A stretch of DNA of 24,983 bases from Limisphaerales bacterium (GCA_003455565.1 DMQW01000461.1:1-24983), one strand, 5' to 3'; counted from the first letter of the stretch, positions 7,726 to 16,533 are shown. Made by a program: numbers and translations. Notes: a model not told the origin generated them from the letters alone.

Positions 7726-9912
7726 ATGGATCAAGTTACAACTTCTGCGGCTCCCGAAGCCAGACTGCACTTTTTGGATTACTGGCGCGTGATTCGCATC
7801 CGCAAGGCGATCATCATCACGGTCTTCCTCATCACGGCTATTATTGCGACGGCGGTGACCCTTATCTTGCCTGAATCCTACGCCAGCACTGCCCGCATCA
7901 AGGTGGAGAATGAAGGTGGAATTGTTTCGGGCATGGGGAATTCGCCGGCCGCAACCTCGTTTGGTTATGATCCTTACTTTATCCAGACAACCTTCGAAAT
8001 CATGCAATCGCAGCTCGTCTTGAGCAACGTCATTGCGACCATGAACCTTAATGTTGAATGGGGTAAAAAGTATAACAACGGCGAAACGCTCAAAACCACC
8101 GAGACGATGGAGATTCTCAAGCAACGCATGGGACTCGTCCCGGTGCGCAATACCAAGCTGATTTCCATCACGGTTTATAGCGATGACAAGAAGGAGGCCG
8201 CTGATTTGGCCAATAGCATCGCGGAGGCTTACCGAACCTACCGTATTCAGACTTCGCAGCAGCAGGCGACCACCGGGCTGGAGGTGTATCAAACGCAGTA
8301 TTTGGAGGAATCCAATCGGATTGAGATGTTGCAGGCAAACGTGGATAATCTCCGGCGCACCCTTGATATTAACAATGGCACGGCTTCCAGCCCGGAGCCT
8401 GAATTGACCGTGGAACAACTACGAAGCTATCAAGCTCAAAAACTTGAAAGCGAGCAGGCATACAACGTATCGCTGGTGCAGCTTCAGGATCTTCAAACCA
8501 TTCAGCAGACCAATCAGAGCAAACTTCGTGACGTGCTGCCCGGGGTGGTTTCTGATGCCGAACTCGGCAGCCTGCTCGCCCAATATCACGAAGCGCAACG
8601 CAAAATCGCCGCGTTGAAGGTTGATTATTCACCCGCCAACCTGGACGTGACCCGCGTCCAGACGCTGATTGATACCTTGGACGGACAGATCATTGATCGC
8701 GTTGCCGGCATCATGGTGACTCTGCAGAGCCAGGTGAATTCCAAAAAAGCTTCGCTTGATTCGCTGGTTCAACAAGTTGAAGAGGCCAAGCAAAAAGATC
8801 ACGACAATGCCACCAAAAACCAGCCTTACTACGACGAGAAACGCAAACTGGATCAATTGCTGGACAGCCATAAACTGCTTTATACAAAAATTGTCATTGA
8901 TACGATTGACGCCCAAATTCCCAAGACCACCATGGTTGAGGTCATTGACAGGGCTGAACCCGGCAAGGCACCGGTCAAGCCCAACAAGACCCTTAACATA
9001 ACGCTCGGCCTGATTTTTGGCTTGATCATGGGCGTCGGCCTGGCCTTCTTCATCGAGTATCTTGATACCAGCGTGAAAACCATTGACGACGTTGAGCGAA
9101 CCTTCCAAGCACCCGTCCTTGGCGTCATTCCGCAAAACATCGGCTATCTCCTCGAGGAGGGGGCTGAAAGCAAACATGCCGAGGCCTATCGCGTTCTGCG
9201 GACAAACCTCCTGTTCTCGCGCAAGGACGAAAAACTCAATACCATCGTCATCGTCAGTGCCGGTGCCGGCGAAGGCAAGTCCACGACGACCATCAATCTT
9301 TCTACGGTATTTGCCCAGGCTGGCAACCGCGTTCTGATTGTGGATTCCGATTTGCGCCGCCCGACGCTCCACAAATTATTCAAGGTGGCGAACAATCTTG
9401 GCCTCACTAATTATCTGCTCAAGCAAAACACCGTTGTTGAAGTCGTGCAGACCACCTCCGTGCCCAATCTCGATTTCATGGCCAGCGGCAAGCTGCCCAG
9501 CAGCTCGATGGGCATTCTCGGTTCCGCGCAGATGAAGGAGTTGATTGCCGAACTCAAGCAGCGCTACGATTTTATCTTCTTTGACTCACCGCCCATCCTT
9601 GGTGTCAGCGACGCCTCCATTCTGGCCAGCGAAGTTGACCTCGTCATGCAGGTCATCCAATACCGTCGCTACCCGCAACCAATGACCATCCGCGCCAAGC
9701 AGATGATTGAAAAAGTCGGCGGCAACTTCGTCGGCATGGTTCTCAACAACATCAACATGTCGCAGGACGAGGGCTATTATTACTACAGCGGCTATTACCA
9801 CGATTATTACTACTCGCGTGATCCCAGCGAACAGGAAGCTGAAGCAAAGAAGGCTGACCTCGCCGCCAAAGGGCCCGGCGACACCGAGGTCAACATCAAA
9901 CAAAAGTATTAA
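7726..9912 (+). CDS. wzc: Polysaccharide co-polymerase / BY tyrosine autokinase (Wzc family)
   Basis: Two TM segments flanking a coiled-coil periplasmic region. EAYRVLRTNL, Walker A GAGEGKST, A' LIVDSDLRRP, B FIFFDSPP, Tyr cluster YYYYSGYYHDYYY. Confidence 0.95.
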   Translation: MDQVTTSAAPEARLHFLDYWRVIRIRKAIIITVFLITAIIATAVTLILPESYASTARIKVENEGGIVSGMGNSPAATSFGYDPYFIQTTFEIMQSQLVLSNVIATMNLNVEWGKKYNNGETLKTTETMEILKQRMGLVPVRNTKLISITVYSDDKKEAADLANSIAEAYRTYRIQTSQQQATTGLEVYQTQYLEESNRIEMLQANVDNLRRTLDINNGTASSPEPELTVEQLRSYQAQKLESEQAYNVSLVQLQDLQTIQQTNQSKLRDVLPGVVSDAELGSLLAQYHEAQRKIAALKVDYSPANLDVTRVQTLIDTLDGQIIDRVAGIMVTLQSQVNSKKASLDSLVQQVEEAKQKDHDNATKNQPYYDEKRKLDQLLDSHKLLYTKIVIDTIDAQIPKTTMVEVIDRAEPGKAPVKPNKTLNITLGLIFGLIMGVGLAFFIEYLDTSVKTIDDVERTFQAPVLGVIPQNIGYLLEEGAESKHAEAYRVLRTNLLFSRKDEKLNTIVIVSAGAGEGKSTTTINLSTVFAQAGNRVLIVDSDLRRPTLHKLFKVANNLGLTNYLLKQNTVVEVVQTTSVPNLDFMASGKLPSSSMGILGSAQMKELIAELKQRYDFIFFDSPPILGVSDASILASEVDLVMQVIQYRRYPQPMTIRAKQMIEKVGGNFVGMVLNNINMSQDEGYYYYSGYYHDYYYSRDPSEQEAEAKKADLAAKGPGDTEVNIKQKY

Positions 9913-9945
9913 TAGATCGTTCAGATCCCCAAGTATTTATTGCCG

Positions 9946-10566
9946 ATGAAATCAAAATCATTTCGCTTGTTGCGCCGAAGCCTGTTGCTCATTTTACCTT
10001 TGCTCCTGTTTGCCCTTGCGGGTTGCTCCACCACTGATAATAACGCCGTCATGGCTGCGCCCGGATCGGATTACAGTGGTCCTGACTCCGTCGCCCGGCT
10101 GCACATCGGCGATGCCGTCACCATCACCTTTGACGGGCTGCCGGATCCGATTACTCCGCACGAGGAGATTATCAGGGAAGATGGCACCATTAACTTGCCG
10201 GATGTCGGGCGCGTCAAAGCCGCTGGCCGGACCGCTGGTGAATTACAGGACGCCATCCATGCACTCTACGTTCCCCAAATTTATACCCATCTGACCGTCA
10301 CCGTGAAAGTTGGCGACCGGGTGTTTTACGTCCGTGGTGAAGTCCATGACCCCGGACGCCAGATTTACGCCGGCCCGATGACCGTCTCCAAAGCCATCAC
10401 CTCCGCAAAGGACTTTACCGACTTTGCCAACCGCAGCAAAGTCTGGCTCACCCGCGCCAATGGCCAGCGTTTCAAGTTAAATTGCGATGCCATCCTCAAC
10501 GGCCAAGCCCCTGATCCGCCCGTTTATCCCGGCGACCAAATTGAAGTCAGCCGCCGCCTTTTCTGA
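9946..10566 (+). CDS. wza: Short OPX (Wza-like) polysaccharide export lipoprotein, Poly_export plus one SLBB domain
   Basis: Lipobox ALAGC. LHIGDAVTI, DGTINLPDVGRVKAAGRT..EL, FYVRGEVHDPG, VYPGDQIEV. About 206 aa. Confidence 0.88.
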   Translation: MKSKSFRLLRRSLLLILPLLLFALAGCSTTDNNAVMAAPGSDYSGPDSVARLHIGDAVTITFDGLPDPITPHEEIIREDGTINLPDVGRVKAAGRTAGELQDAIHALYVPQIYTHLTVTVKVGDRVFYVRGEVHDPGRQIYAGPMTVSKAITSAKDFTDFANRSKVWLTRANGQRFKLNCDAILNGQAPDPPVYPGDQIEVSRRLF

Positions 10567-10955
10567 TGGTTCAACTCCGCATTATTTCCGGCACAAGGGC
10601 GGGCGACCTCCGGGTCATCCGCCATTTTCCTTTTCGCGTCGGCCGTTCGGTCGAAAATGATTTGTGCCTGGAGGATGCCGGAGTCTGGGAAAACCACCTC
10701 ACGCTGGAATTTCAGAAAAACGAAGGCTTCATCCTCCAGGCCGCGCCCGACGCTTTCGCGGCCATCAACGAAGAACCGCAAACCTCCGCGCGGCTTCGCA
10801 ACGGCGACATCATCTCCTTCGGCTCCGCCAAAATCCAATTTTGGCTCGCCGCCCCGCGCCAGCGCGGACTGCGCCTCCGGGAATTTTTCGTATGGGTGCT
10901 GCTCACCGCCGTCACAATTTTACAACTGGCGTTGATCTACTCTTTACTGAAGTAA
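10566..10955 (+). CDS. FHA-domain protein with a C-terminal membrane segment
   Basis: FPFRVGRS.ENDLCL.D..V..NH and LRNGDIISFGSAKIQF match the FHA fold. Hydrophobic C-terminal helix. TGATG overlap with the OPX stop. Confidence 0.8.
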   Translation: MVQLRIISGTRAGDLRVIRHFPFRVGRSVENDLCLEDAGVWENHLTLEFQKNEGFILQAAPDAFAAINEEPQTSARLRNGDIISFGSAKIQFWLAAPRQRGLRLREFFVWVLLTAVTILQLALIYSLLK

Positions 10956-10971
10956 TCTTCGGCAAAATTCT

Positions 10972-12519
10972 TCAATGCCGGAAATGCCGCGCGCCGGTGA
11001 ACGCCATCGCCATCCCGCGTTCATCCGCCGCCGCGATGACTTCGGCATCCTTCACTGAACCGCCCGGCTGAATCGCCGCCGTCGCGCCTCCGTCCGCCGC
11101 CGCGATGAGTCCGTCGGGAAATGGGAAAAACGCATCGCTGCAAACCACGCTGCCGGTCAGCGAAAGTTTTGCCTCACCCGCCTTCCACACCGCGATGCGG
11201 CTCGAATCCACGCGGCTCATCTGGCCTGCGCCCGTGCCGAGCGTCCGGCCTTCGCTGCAATACAAAATCGCATTCGACTTCAAATGCTTCACCACGCGCC
11301 AGCCGAACAGCATCGCGCGCAACTCCGCTTCCGTCGGCTGCCGCTTCGTCACAATTTTCAACTCGGCGACCGTTGTCGTTTTCAAATCGCGTTGCTGCAA
11401 TAAAAATGAATCTGCGCCCACGCTCCGAACGTCCCAAGGCCGTGCCGATAAAGGACATTTCGTGATTTGCAGCAACCGCAGATTTTTCTTCTTCTGCAAA
11501 ATTTCCAGCGCTTCCGCCGTGAATTCCGGCGCGACGATGACCTCGCTGAAAATTTCCGCGATGGCCGCCGCGCACGCCCCGTCGAGCGGCTGATTGACCG
11601 CGATGATGCCGCCGAACGGCGCCTGCTTGTCCGTGACAAACGCCTTGTCCCACGCCGCGCGCAGGTTAGCGCCCTGGCCGACGCCGCACGGATTCGTGTG
11701 TTTCAAAATCGCCAACGTCGGCACGTCATTACGAAATTCGGCGATGAGCGCTGTCGCAGCGGTTAAATCCAAAATGTTGTTGTAAGAAAGTTCCTTGCCT
11801 TGAAGCTGCTTGAAAAATTCATGGAACTTGCCGTAAAGTGCCGCCGTCTGATGCGGATTCTCGCCGTAGCGCAACGGCTGCGCCAGCGGCGCGGAAATGG
11901 TCAGCACTTGCGGCAATGAATTTTTGTCGGCGGCAAATTCCTTTTGCAGATGCGCGGCGATGGCTGCGTCGTAGGCCGCCGTGCGCGCGAAAACTTTCGC
12001 CGCCAGTTGACGGCGCAGTTCCAAGGTCGTGTTGCCGTTCGCAGAAATTTGCTCGGCCACTTCGGCGTAGTCGAACGGATCAACGACGACCGTCACGCTG
12101 TCGTGATTTTTCGCCGCGCTGCGGAGCATTGAAGGCCCGCCGATGTCAATGTTTTCAATGGCATCGTCCAGGCTGACGTTCGGCTTGGCGACCGTCGCCT
12201 CGAACGGATAAAGATTCACCACGACCAGATCAATCGGCGAAATTCCATGCGCTTTCACCGCCGCCTCGTGCGTGGCGTTGCCGCGAATGTAGAGCAAACC
12301 GCCGTGGACTTTCGGGTGCAACGTCTTCACGCGGCCATCAAGCATTTCGGGAAAGCCGGTGTATTCGCTGATGTCCTTCACCGCGAGGCCGGCTTCGCGC
12401 AAGGTTTTGGCGGTGCCGCCGGTGGAAATTAATTCGACGCCGTGGCTGGCGAGAATCTGGGCGAATGGAACCAGTCCGGTTTTATCGGAAACGGAGAGCA
12501 GAGCACGATGGATTTTCAC
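10972..12519 (-). CDS. purH: Bifunctional AICAR transformylase / IMP cyclohydrolase
   Basis: [69 protein letters not shown]. Start placed at GTG 12519 (alternatives 12528, 12606). Confidence 0.97.
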   Translation of the reverse strand: MKIHRALLSVSDKTGLVPFAQILASHGVELISTGGTAKTLREAGLAVKDISEYTGFPEMLDGRVKTLHPKVHGGLLYIRGNATHEAAVKAHGISPIDLVVVNLYPFEATVAKPNVSLDDAIENIDIGGPSMLRSAAKNHDSVTVVVDPFDYAEVAEQISANGNTTLELRRQLAAKVFARTAAYDAAIAAHLQKEFAADKNSLPQVLTISAPLAQPLRYGENPHQTAALYGKFHEFFKQLQGKELSYNNILDLTAATALIAEFRNDVPTLAILKHTNPCGVGQGANLRAAWDKAFVTDKQAPFGGIIAVNQPLDGACAAAIAEIFSEVIVAPEFTAEALEILQKKKNLRLLQITKCPLSARPWDVRSVGADSFLLQQRDLKTTTVAELKIVTKRQPTEAELRAMLFGWRVVKHLKSNAILYCSEGRTLGTGAGQMSRVDSSRIAVWKAGEAKLSLTGSVVCSDAFFPFPDGLIAAADGGATAAIQPGGSVKDAEVIAAADERGMAMAFTGARHFRH

Positions 12520-12526
12520 GCGCGAC

Positions 12527-12555
12527 ACAATCCACGGAGCAACCGCCGCCGTCAA
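12527..12555 (-). promoter_or_regulatory. Putative sigma70 promoter for purH, leaderless spacing
   Basis: Minus strand TTGACG-17-GATTGT-7-GTG(12519). The -10 box is imperfect. Confidence 0.45.
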
Positions 12556-12624
12556 TCGGCAAATTGGTTTTTGAGTAACAATTTTTGCCGCGCGCGTTGG
12601 TTGCAATGGCCGTTTGAACTGAAA

Positions 12625-13962
12625 TTATTTTGCCGGCGCAAGGTCGGCGCCGATGGCGCGTTCGAGTTTGGCGCGGGCGGCGGTGTAATCGTGCAACGCC
12701 TGGATCTGCGTCGTGCGCGCCTGCGTGAGCGAAGTTTCGGCGTCGAGCACGTCGAGCTGCGTGCCGGTGCCGGCATCGGTGCGCGCTTTGGCTTCGCGCA
12801 AGGCTTCGTCGGCCTGTTCCTGAACTTTGGCTTGCGAATCCAAAACTTCCTTCGCCTCGATGAAATCGGAATAAGCCACGCGGACCTGAAGTTCAATCTG
12901 GCGACCTTCGTCAGTCAAATCGGTCTTTGATCTTTCATAAAGCGCTTTGGCTTGGACCACTTTGCCATACGTTAGCAGCCCGTCAAAAATGGCCCAATTC
13001 ATCTGCGCCCCGGCGTTCCAACCGTGAATGTCATGGTCCAGCTCAATCGGCGGTGTAAATTGCGCATTATACCAGTTGTAACCGGCGAAAAGCTGGACGG
13101 TCGGTTTGTAACCTGACTTGGCGCTGACGATGTTGAGATTTTGCAATTCCACCGTTTTGCGCAGAGCAACGAGTTCGGTGCGCTTGGTGAGCGCCTGTTG
13201 AATGGCGTCGGGCAGATTCACTTCATACGGCGCGGCTTCGAGAACGTCGGTCAAATTCAACGGAATGTTTTCCCAGATGTCGCGCGGCAGATTGTAGCCG
13301 AGCAGATTGGCCAGATTATTTTTGGCGATGCGATACTGGTTGCGGGCGCGGATTAAATTCGGACGCTCGTTGGCGACGGCAACTTCGGCGCGCAGCACAT
13401 TAAATTTTGGAACCGTGCCCGCGTCGAGGCGATGCTGCTGATCTTCGAGTTCCTTTTGCAACAAATTCACCGAGGCTTCGTGAACCGTGATTTGTTGTGC
13501 CGCCAGCAGTGTGTCGTAATACGCGAGCCGCACGGCGAGCAACGTGTCGGCGACGGAAGTCTGGTATTGTGCCAGCGCCTGCTGTTTCGTGGCGTCAGCC
13601 GCGCGGATGGCCGCAACCAATTTCCCGCCTTCATAAATGGATTGCACGATCTGGATGCCCGCGTTCCAATTTTCGTTCGGCTGGGTGGAGCCGAAAAAAC
13701 CTTCAATCGCACTTGGGTCGGTGTCTTTATATTGGCCGCTCGCCTGCACATGCGGCAACGCCACTGCGCGGGTCTGCACCACCACGCCGTGCACCGCTTC
13801 GAGATCATTTTTAGCCTTTAAAATCGAGGCATTTTGCTGGAGCGTGGTGTTGAGCGCGTCCGTCAATGACAGCGGTCGCACGAGCCACGCCGCGTTGGTG
13901 TCGGCAGCAGCAATGGCAAAAGTGAAACCGAGAAACAGGGACAACATCGTCAATTTTTTCAT
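12625..13962 (-). CDS. TolC-family outer-membrane efflux protein
   Basis: Signal peptide, LSLTDAL..TLQQN, two OEP-type repeats, DAGTVPKFNVLRAEV, AGTGTQLDVLDAE, KLERAIG. Confidence 0.92.
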   Translation of the reverse strand: MKKLTMLSLFLGFTFAIAAADTNAAWLVRPLSLTDALNTTLQQNASILKAKNDLEAVHGVVVQTRAVALPHVQASGQYKDTDPSAIEGFFGSTQPNENWNAGIQIVQSIYEGGKLVAAIRAADATKQQALAQYQTSVADTLLAVRLAYYDTLLAAQQITVHEASVNLLQKELEDQQHRLDAGTVPKFNVLRAEVAVANERPNLIRARNQYRIAKNNLANLLGYNLPRDIWENIPLNLTDVLEAAPYEVNLPDAIQQALTKRTELVALRKTVELQNLNIVSAKSGYKPTVQLFAGYNWYNAQFTPPIELDHDIHGWNAGAQMNWAIFDGLLTYGKVVQAKALYERSKTDLTDEGRQIELQVRVAYSDFIEAKEVLDSQAKVQEQADEALREAKARTDAGTGTQLDVLDAETSLTQARTTQIQALHDYTAARAKLERAIGADLAPAK

Positions 13963-13976
13963 ATCAGCCCGCCCAT

Positions 13977-13992
13977 CCTACCATTCGGTAGG
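13977..13992. promoter_or_regulatory. Palindrome CCTACC-ATTC-GGTAGG, candidate repressor operator
   Basis: Perfect 6-bp arms directly downstream of the predicted tolC -10 box, in the divergent tolC/hlyD intergenic region. Confidence 0.45.
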
Positions 13993-13996
13993 TAAA

Positions 13997-14023
13997 AGTC
14001 TAATCAATCGTTTCGCTCGTCAA
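13997..14023 (-). promoter_or_regulatory. Possible sigma70 promoter for the TolC gene
   Basis: Minus strand TTGACG-15-TAGACT. The spacer is short, so support is limited. Confidence 0.35.
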
Positions 14024-14059
14024 AAAAAATTTACGTGCTACCGTCAACCCCAAGTTCGT

Positions 14060-15016
14060 ATGAGAGTTTTTTTGAGCTTAAATCTGTTTGTTTTGGCCGC
14101 CGGGTTGTTTGCCGGTTGCTCGCAAAATCCGACGGACGAATTCCAAGGTTACATCGAGGGTGAATATGTTTATGTCGCTTCCCCGCTTGGTGGCGCGCTC
14201 ACGAATCTGGCCGTCGCGCGCGGCGATTCCGTCAAGACCGGGCAGCCGCTGTTTGAGCTGGAACGGCAGTCCGAATCCGCCGCGCTCGCGCAGGCGGAAA
14301 AAAATCTCACGCAGTCGCAGTCGCAACTGGACGACCTGACGAAAGGCAAACGCCCGACGGAAATCGAGTCGCTCGCCGCGCAATTGGAGCGGGCGCAGGC
14401 GAATTTGAAATTGTCCGCCGCCCAGTTCGCGCGGCGTGAACAGCTCGGCGGTGCCGACGTGGTTTCCAAGGAGGAACTGGACCAGGCCCGCGCGCAGAAC
14501 GACGCGAATCAAGCGCAGGTCAACCAGCTCGCGGCGGATTTGGCGACCGCGAAACTGGGCGGACGCGACGACGCCATCCGCGCCGCGCAGGCCGCTGTCG
14601 AATCGCAACGCGCCGCGCTCGACAAGGCGAAGTGGGCGTTCGATCAGAAACAACAATTCGCTCCGGCAGATGCGGCGGTGCATGACACGTTGTATCGGCA
14701 GGGCGAATTTGTCGCGGCGGGAAATCCCGTGGTGGTTTTGCTGCCGCCGGCGAATTTGAAAGTCCGCTTCTTTGTGCCGCAGGAAAAACTGGCGCAGGTG
14801 AAAATTGGCGGAATGATTTCCGTCAAATGCGACGGCGCGGCGCACGCATTTGTCGCGACGGTGAATTACATCGCCACGCAGGCCGAATACACGCCGCCGG
14901 TGATTTTCAGCCGCGAGAGCCGGGCGAATCTGGTGTTCATGATCGAGGCCAAATTTTCCCCGGCGGATGCGGCGGAACTGCGGCCGGGACAGCCGGTGGA
15001 TGTGGAGTTGAAATGA
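14060..15016 (+). CDS. HlyD-family periplasmic adaptor (YbhG-like), lipoprotein
   Basis: Start reassigned to ATG 14060 (lipobox LFAGC). FQGYIEGE...VASP, GDSVKTGQPLFEL, coiled coil, GEFVAAGNPVV, AEYTPP, LRPGQPVDV. Confidence 0.92.
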   Translation: MRVFLSLNLFVLAAGLFAGCSQNPTDEFQGYIEGEYVYVASPLGGALTNLAVARGDSVKTGQPLFELERQSESAALAQAEKNLTQSQSQLDDLTKGKRPTEIESLAAQLERAQANLKLSAAQFARREQLGGADVVSKEELDQARAQNDANQAQVNQLAADLATAKLGGRDDAIRAAQAAVESQRAALDKAKWAFDQKQQFAPADAAVHDTLYRQGEFVAAGNPVVVLLPPANLKVRFFVPQEKLAQVKIGGMISVKCDGAAHAFVATVNYIATQAEYTPPVIFSRESRANLVFMIEAKFSPADAAELRPGQPVDVELK

Positions 15017-15522
15017 TGCTTGCTGTCATTCGCAAATTAGCTGCACCGTTTCATCCTCTCTTTGCGTGGATATGTGTTTTATTGGCATCACGATTAAAGC
15101 CGCACGCATCGGCTCTTAAACATTTTGGGATTCGCGTAGTTGCGGCCAAGGATTACGGAAGCCAGGATAATCAAGACGATGTTTATACAGCGTTAGTTTT
15201 GTTAAAACAATTCGACGAAGACGAGTTCAACCTGATCAAAAAAAATATTCGCACAATTTTTCTTCATGACATGCTTATATTTGGAGGTGGTTACCAGTCG
15301 ACAGGGCAAATTTGTTTTTTAGATATTCGGAATCTCTCAGGGTGCACTTCGGGAACCATGCCTATTGCCATTGCGGGGAATTTAGTTTATTTCGCCTCAC
15401 TTGTTGAATTCAAAAATCATTTCGGAGTTGGATTCGGAGAAAAGAAAAAGATTAACGCTGAGGAGAAGCAACAACAGGTTGTCGAAAAACTGGTAAAATT
15501 ATTTGTGAATGAGCGCTTCTGA
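15013..15522 (+). CDS. AT-rich hypothetical protein (169 aa) inserted in the efflux operon
   Basis: Open frame from ATG 15013 overlapping the hlyD stop (ATGA) and ending 14 nt inside the next gene. One 60-nt line counted at 35% GC versus 63% in a flanking-gene line. Confidence 0.7.
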   Translation: MMLAVIRKLAAPFHPLFAWICVLLASRLKPHASALKHFGIRVVAAKDYGSQDNQDDVYTALVLLKQFDEDEFNLIKKNIRTIFLHDMLIFGGGYQSTGQICFLDIRNLSGCTSGTMPIAIAGNLVYFASLVEFKNHFGVGFGEKKKINAEEKQQQVVEKLVKLFVNERF

Positions 15523-16435
15523 CTTCGCCATTGACGTGCGCGGCGTCACGAAAAAATTCGGCGCGCGCACGGTTGTGAACGACATCGCCATGCAGGTGCG
15601 GCCCGGCGAGATTTACGGTTTTCTCGGCCCGAACGGCAGCGGCAAGACGACGTTTCTGCGGATGCTCTGCGGCCTGCTCACGCCCGACGGCGGCAGCGGC
15701 CAGTGTCTCGGCCTCGATTTCCGCCGCGAATCCAACGAGATAAAAAAACGGGTCGGCTACATGACGCAGCGGTTCAGTTTTTACGAGGATTTGAGCATCG
15801 AGGAAAATCTGGATTTCATCGCGCGGCTTTACGAGGTGCCGCAGCGGAAAATTGCCGTGCAAAAAAGTCTCGAACGGCTCGGCATGGTTGAGCGGCGCAA
15901 ACAACTTGCGGGAACTTTGTCCGGCGGCTGGAAACAACGGCTCGCGCTCGCGGCGTGTCTGATCCACGAGCCGCAATTGCTCCTGCTCGACGAACCGACG
16001 GCGGGCGTGGATCCGAAGGCGCGGCGCGATTTTTGGGAGGAGATTCACAAGCTCGCTGCCGCCGGGCTGACGTTTCTCATCACCACGCATTACATGGACG
16101 AGGCCTCGCGTTGTCATCGCCTCGGCTACATCGCCTACGGAAACCTGCTCGCGCACGGCACGGTGGCTGAAGTCGTGAAAGCCGGCGGCCTGACAACGTG
16201 GGAAGTTTCCGGCGAAAATCTCCCCGCGCTCGCGGAAAAATTGCGCGGCCTGCCGGGCGTGGAGCAAGTCGTCGCGTTCGGAACGACGTTGCACGTCAGC
16301 GGGCGTGATGCGGAAAAATTGCGCGCCAACGCCGCGCCGTTGATGACGGACGGCCAGCACTGGACGAAAATTGAATCGGGCTTGGAAGACGTGTTCATCA
16401 GTTTGATGGAAACGGCGAAGGATAATTTCTCATGA
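15509..16435 (+). CDS. ABC-2 type transporter ATP-binding protein (YbhF-like, single NBD)
   Basis: GPNGSGKT, LSGGWKQR, LLLLDEPT, TTHYMDEA. Confidence 0.96.
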   Translation: MSASDFAIDVRGVTKKFGARTVVNDIAMQVRPGEIYGFLGPNGSGKTTFLRMLCGLLTPDGGSGQCLGLDFRRESNEIKKRVGYMTQRFSFYEDLSIEENLDFIARLYEVPQRKIAVQKSLERLGMVERRKQLAGTLSGGWKQRLALAACLIHEPQLLLLDEPTAGVDPKARRDFWEEIHKLAAAGLTFLITTHYMDEASRCHRLGYIAYGNLLAHGTVAEVVKAGGLTTWEVSGENLPALAEKLRGLPGVEQVVAFGTTLHVSGRDAEKLRANAAPLMTDGQHWTKIESGLEDVFISLMETAKDNFS

Positions 16436-16533
16436 AAATTCCATATTATCGTAGCAGCCAATGTCAGTCGGCTCATTTTAGTTTTTGCAGAATAGTCAGA
16501 GCCAACTCACGTTGGCTGCTACCAAGAACATGA
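16432..16533 (+). CDS. 33-aa ORF bridging the ATPase stop and the permease start (possibly fortuitous)
   Basis: Manual translation MKIPYYRSSQCQSAHFSFCRIVRANSRWLLPRT*. ATGA overlaps at both ends. Mostly encoded by a repeat element. Confidence 0.3.
   Translation: MKIPYYRSSQCQSAHFSFCRIVRANSRWLLPRT
16451..16522. repeat. GTAG-tagged REP-like inverted doublet
   Basis: 24-bp arms 16451-16474 and 16499-16522 match at 21/24. The right arm holds the perfect hairpin AGCCAAC-4-GTTGGCT. Both arms start with GTAG when read inward. Confidence 0.85.

Noticed and set aside
6358-10566. Export module as a horizontally acquired island
   Set aside because: Spot counts of GC varied from 40% to 58% per line, and there are no mobility genes or boundary repeats. 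This needs a computed codon-usage profile.
12520-12624. ZMP/ZTP riboswitch upstream of purH
   Set aside because: No matching conserved segments, and the predicted promoter leaves no room for a leader.
13993-14002. TAAAAGTCTA shared with 6340-6349 as a common regulator site
   Set aside because: A single 10-nt AT-rich match that coincides with a -10-like hexamer on the minus strand; chance cannot be excluded.
13637-14059. 141-codon N-terminal extension of the HlyD ORF
   Set aside because: It is antisense to the TolC gene. The lipoprotein signal starts at ATG 14060.
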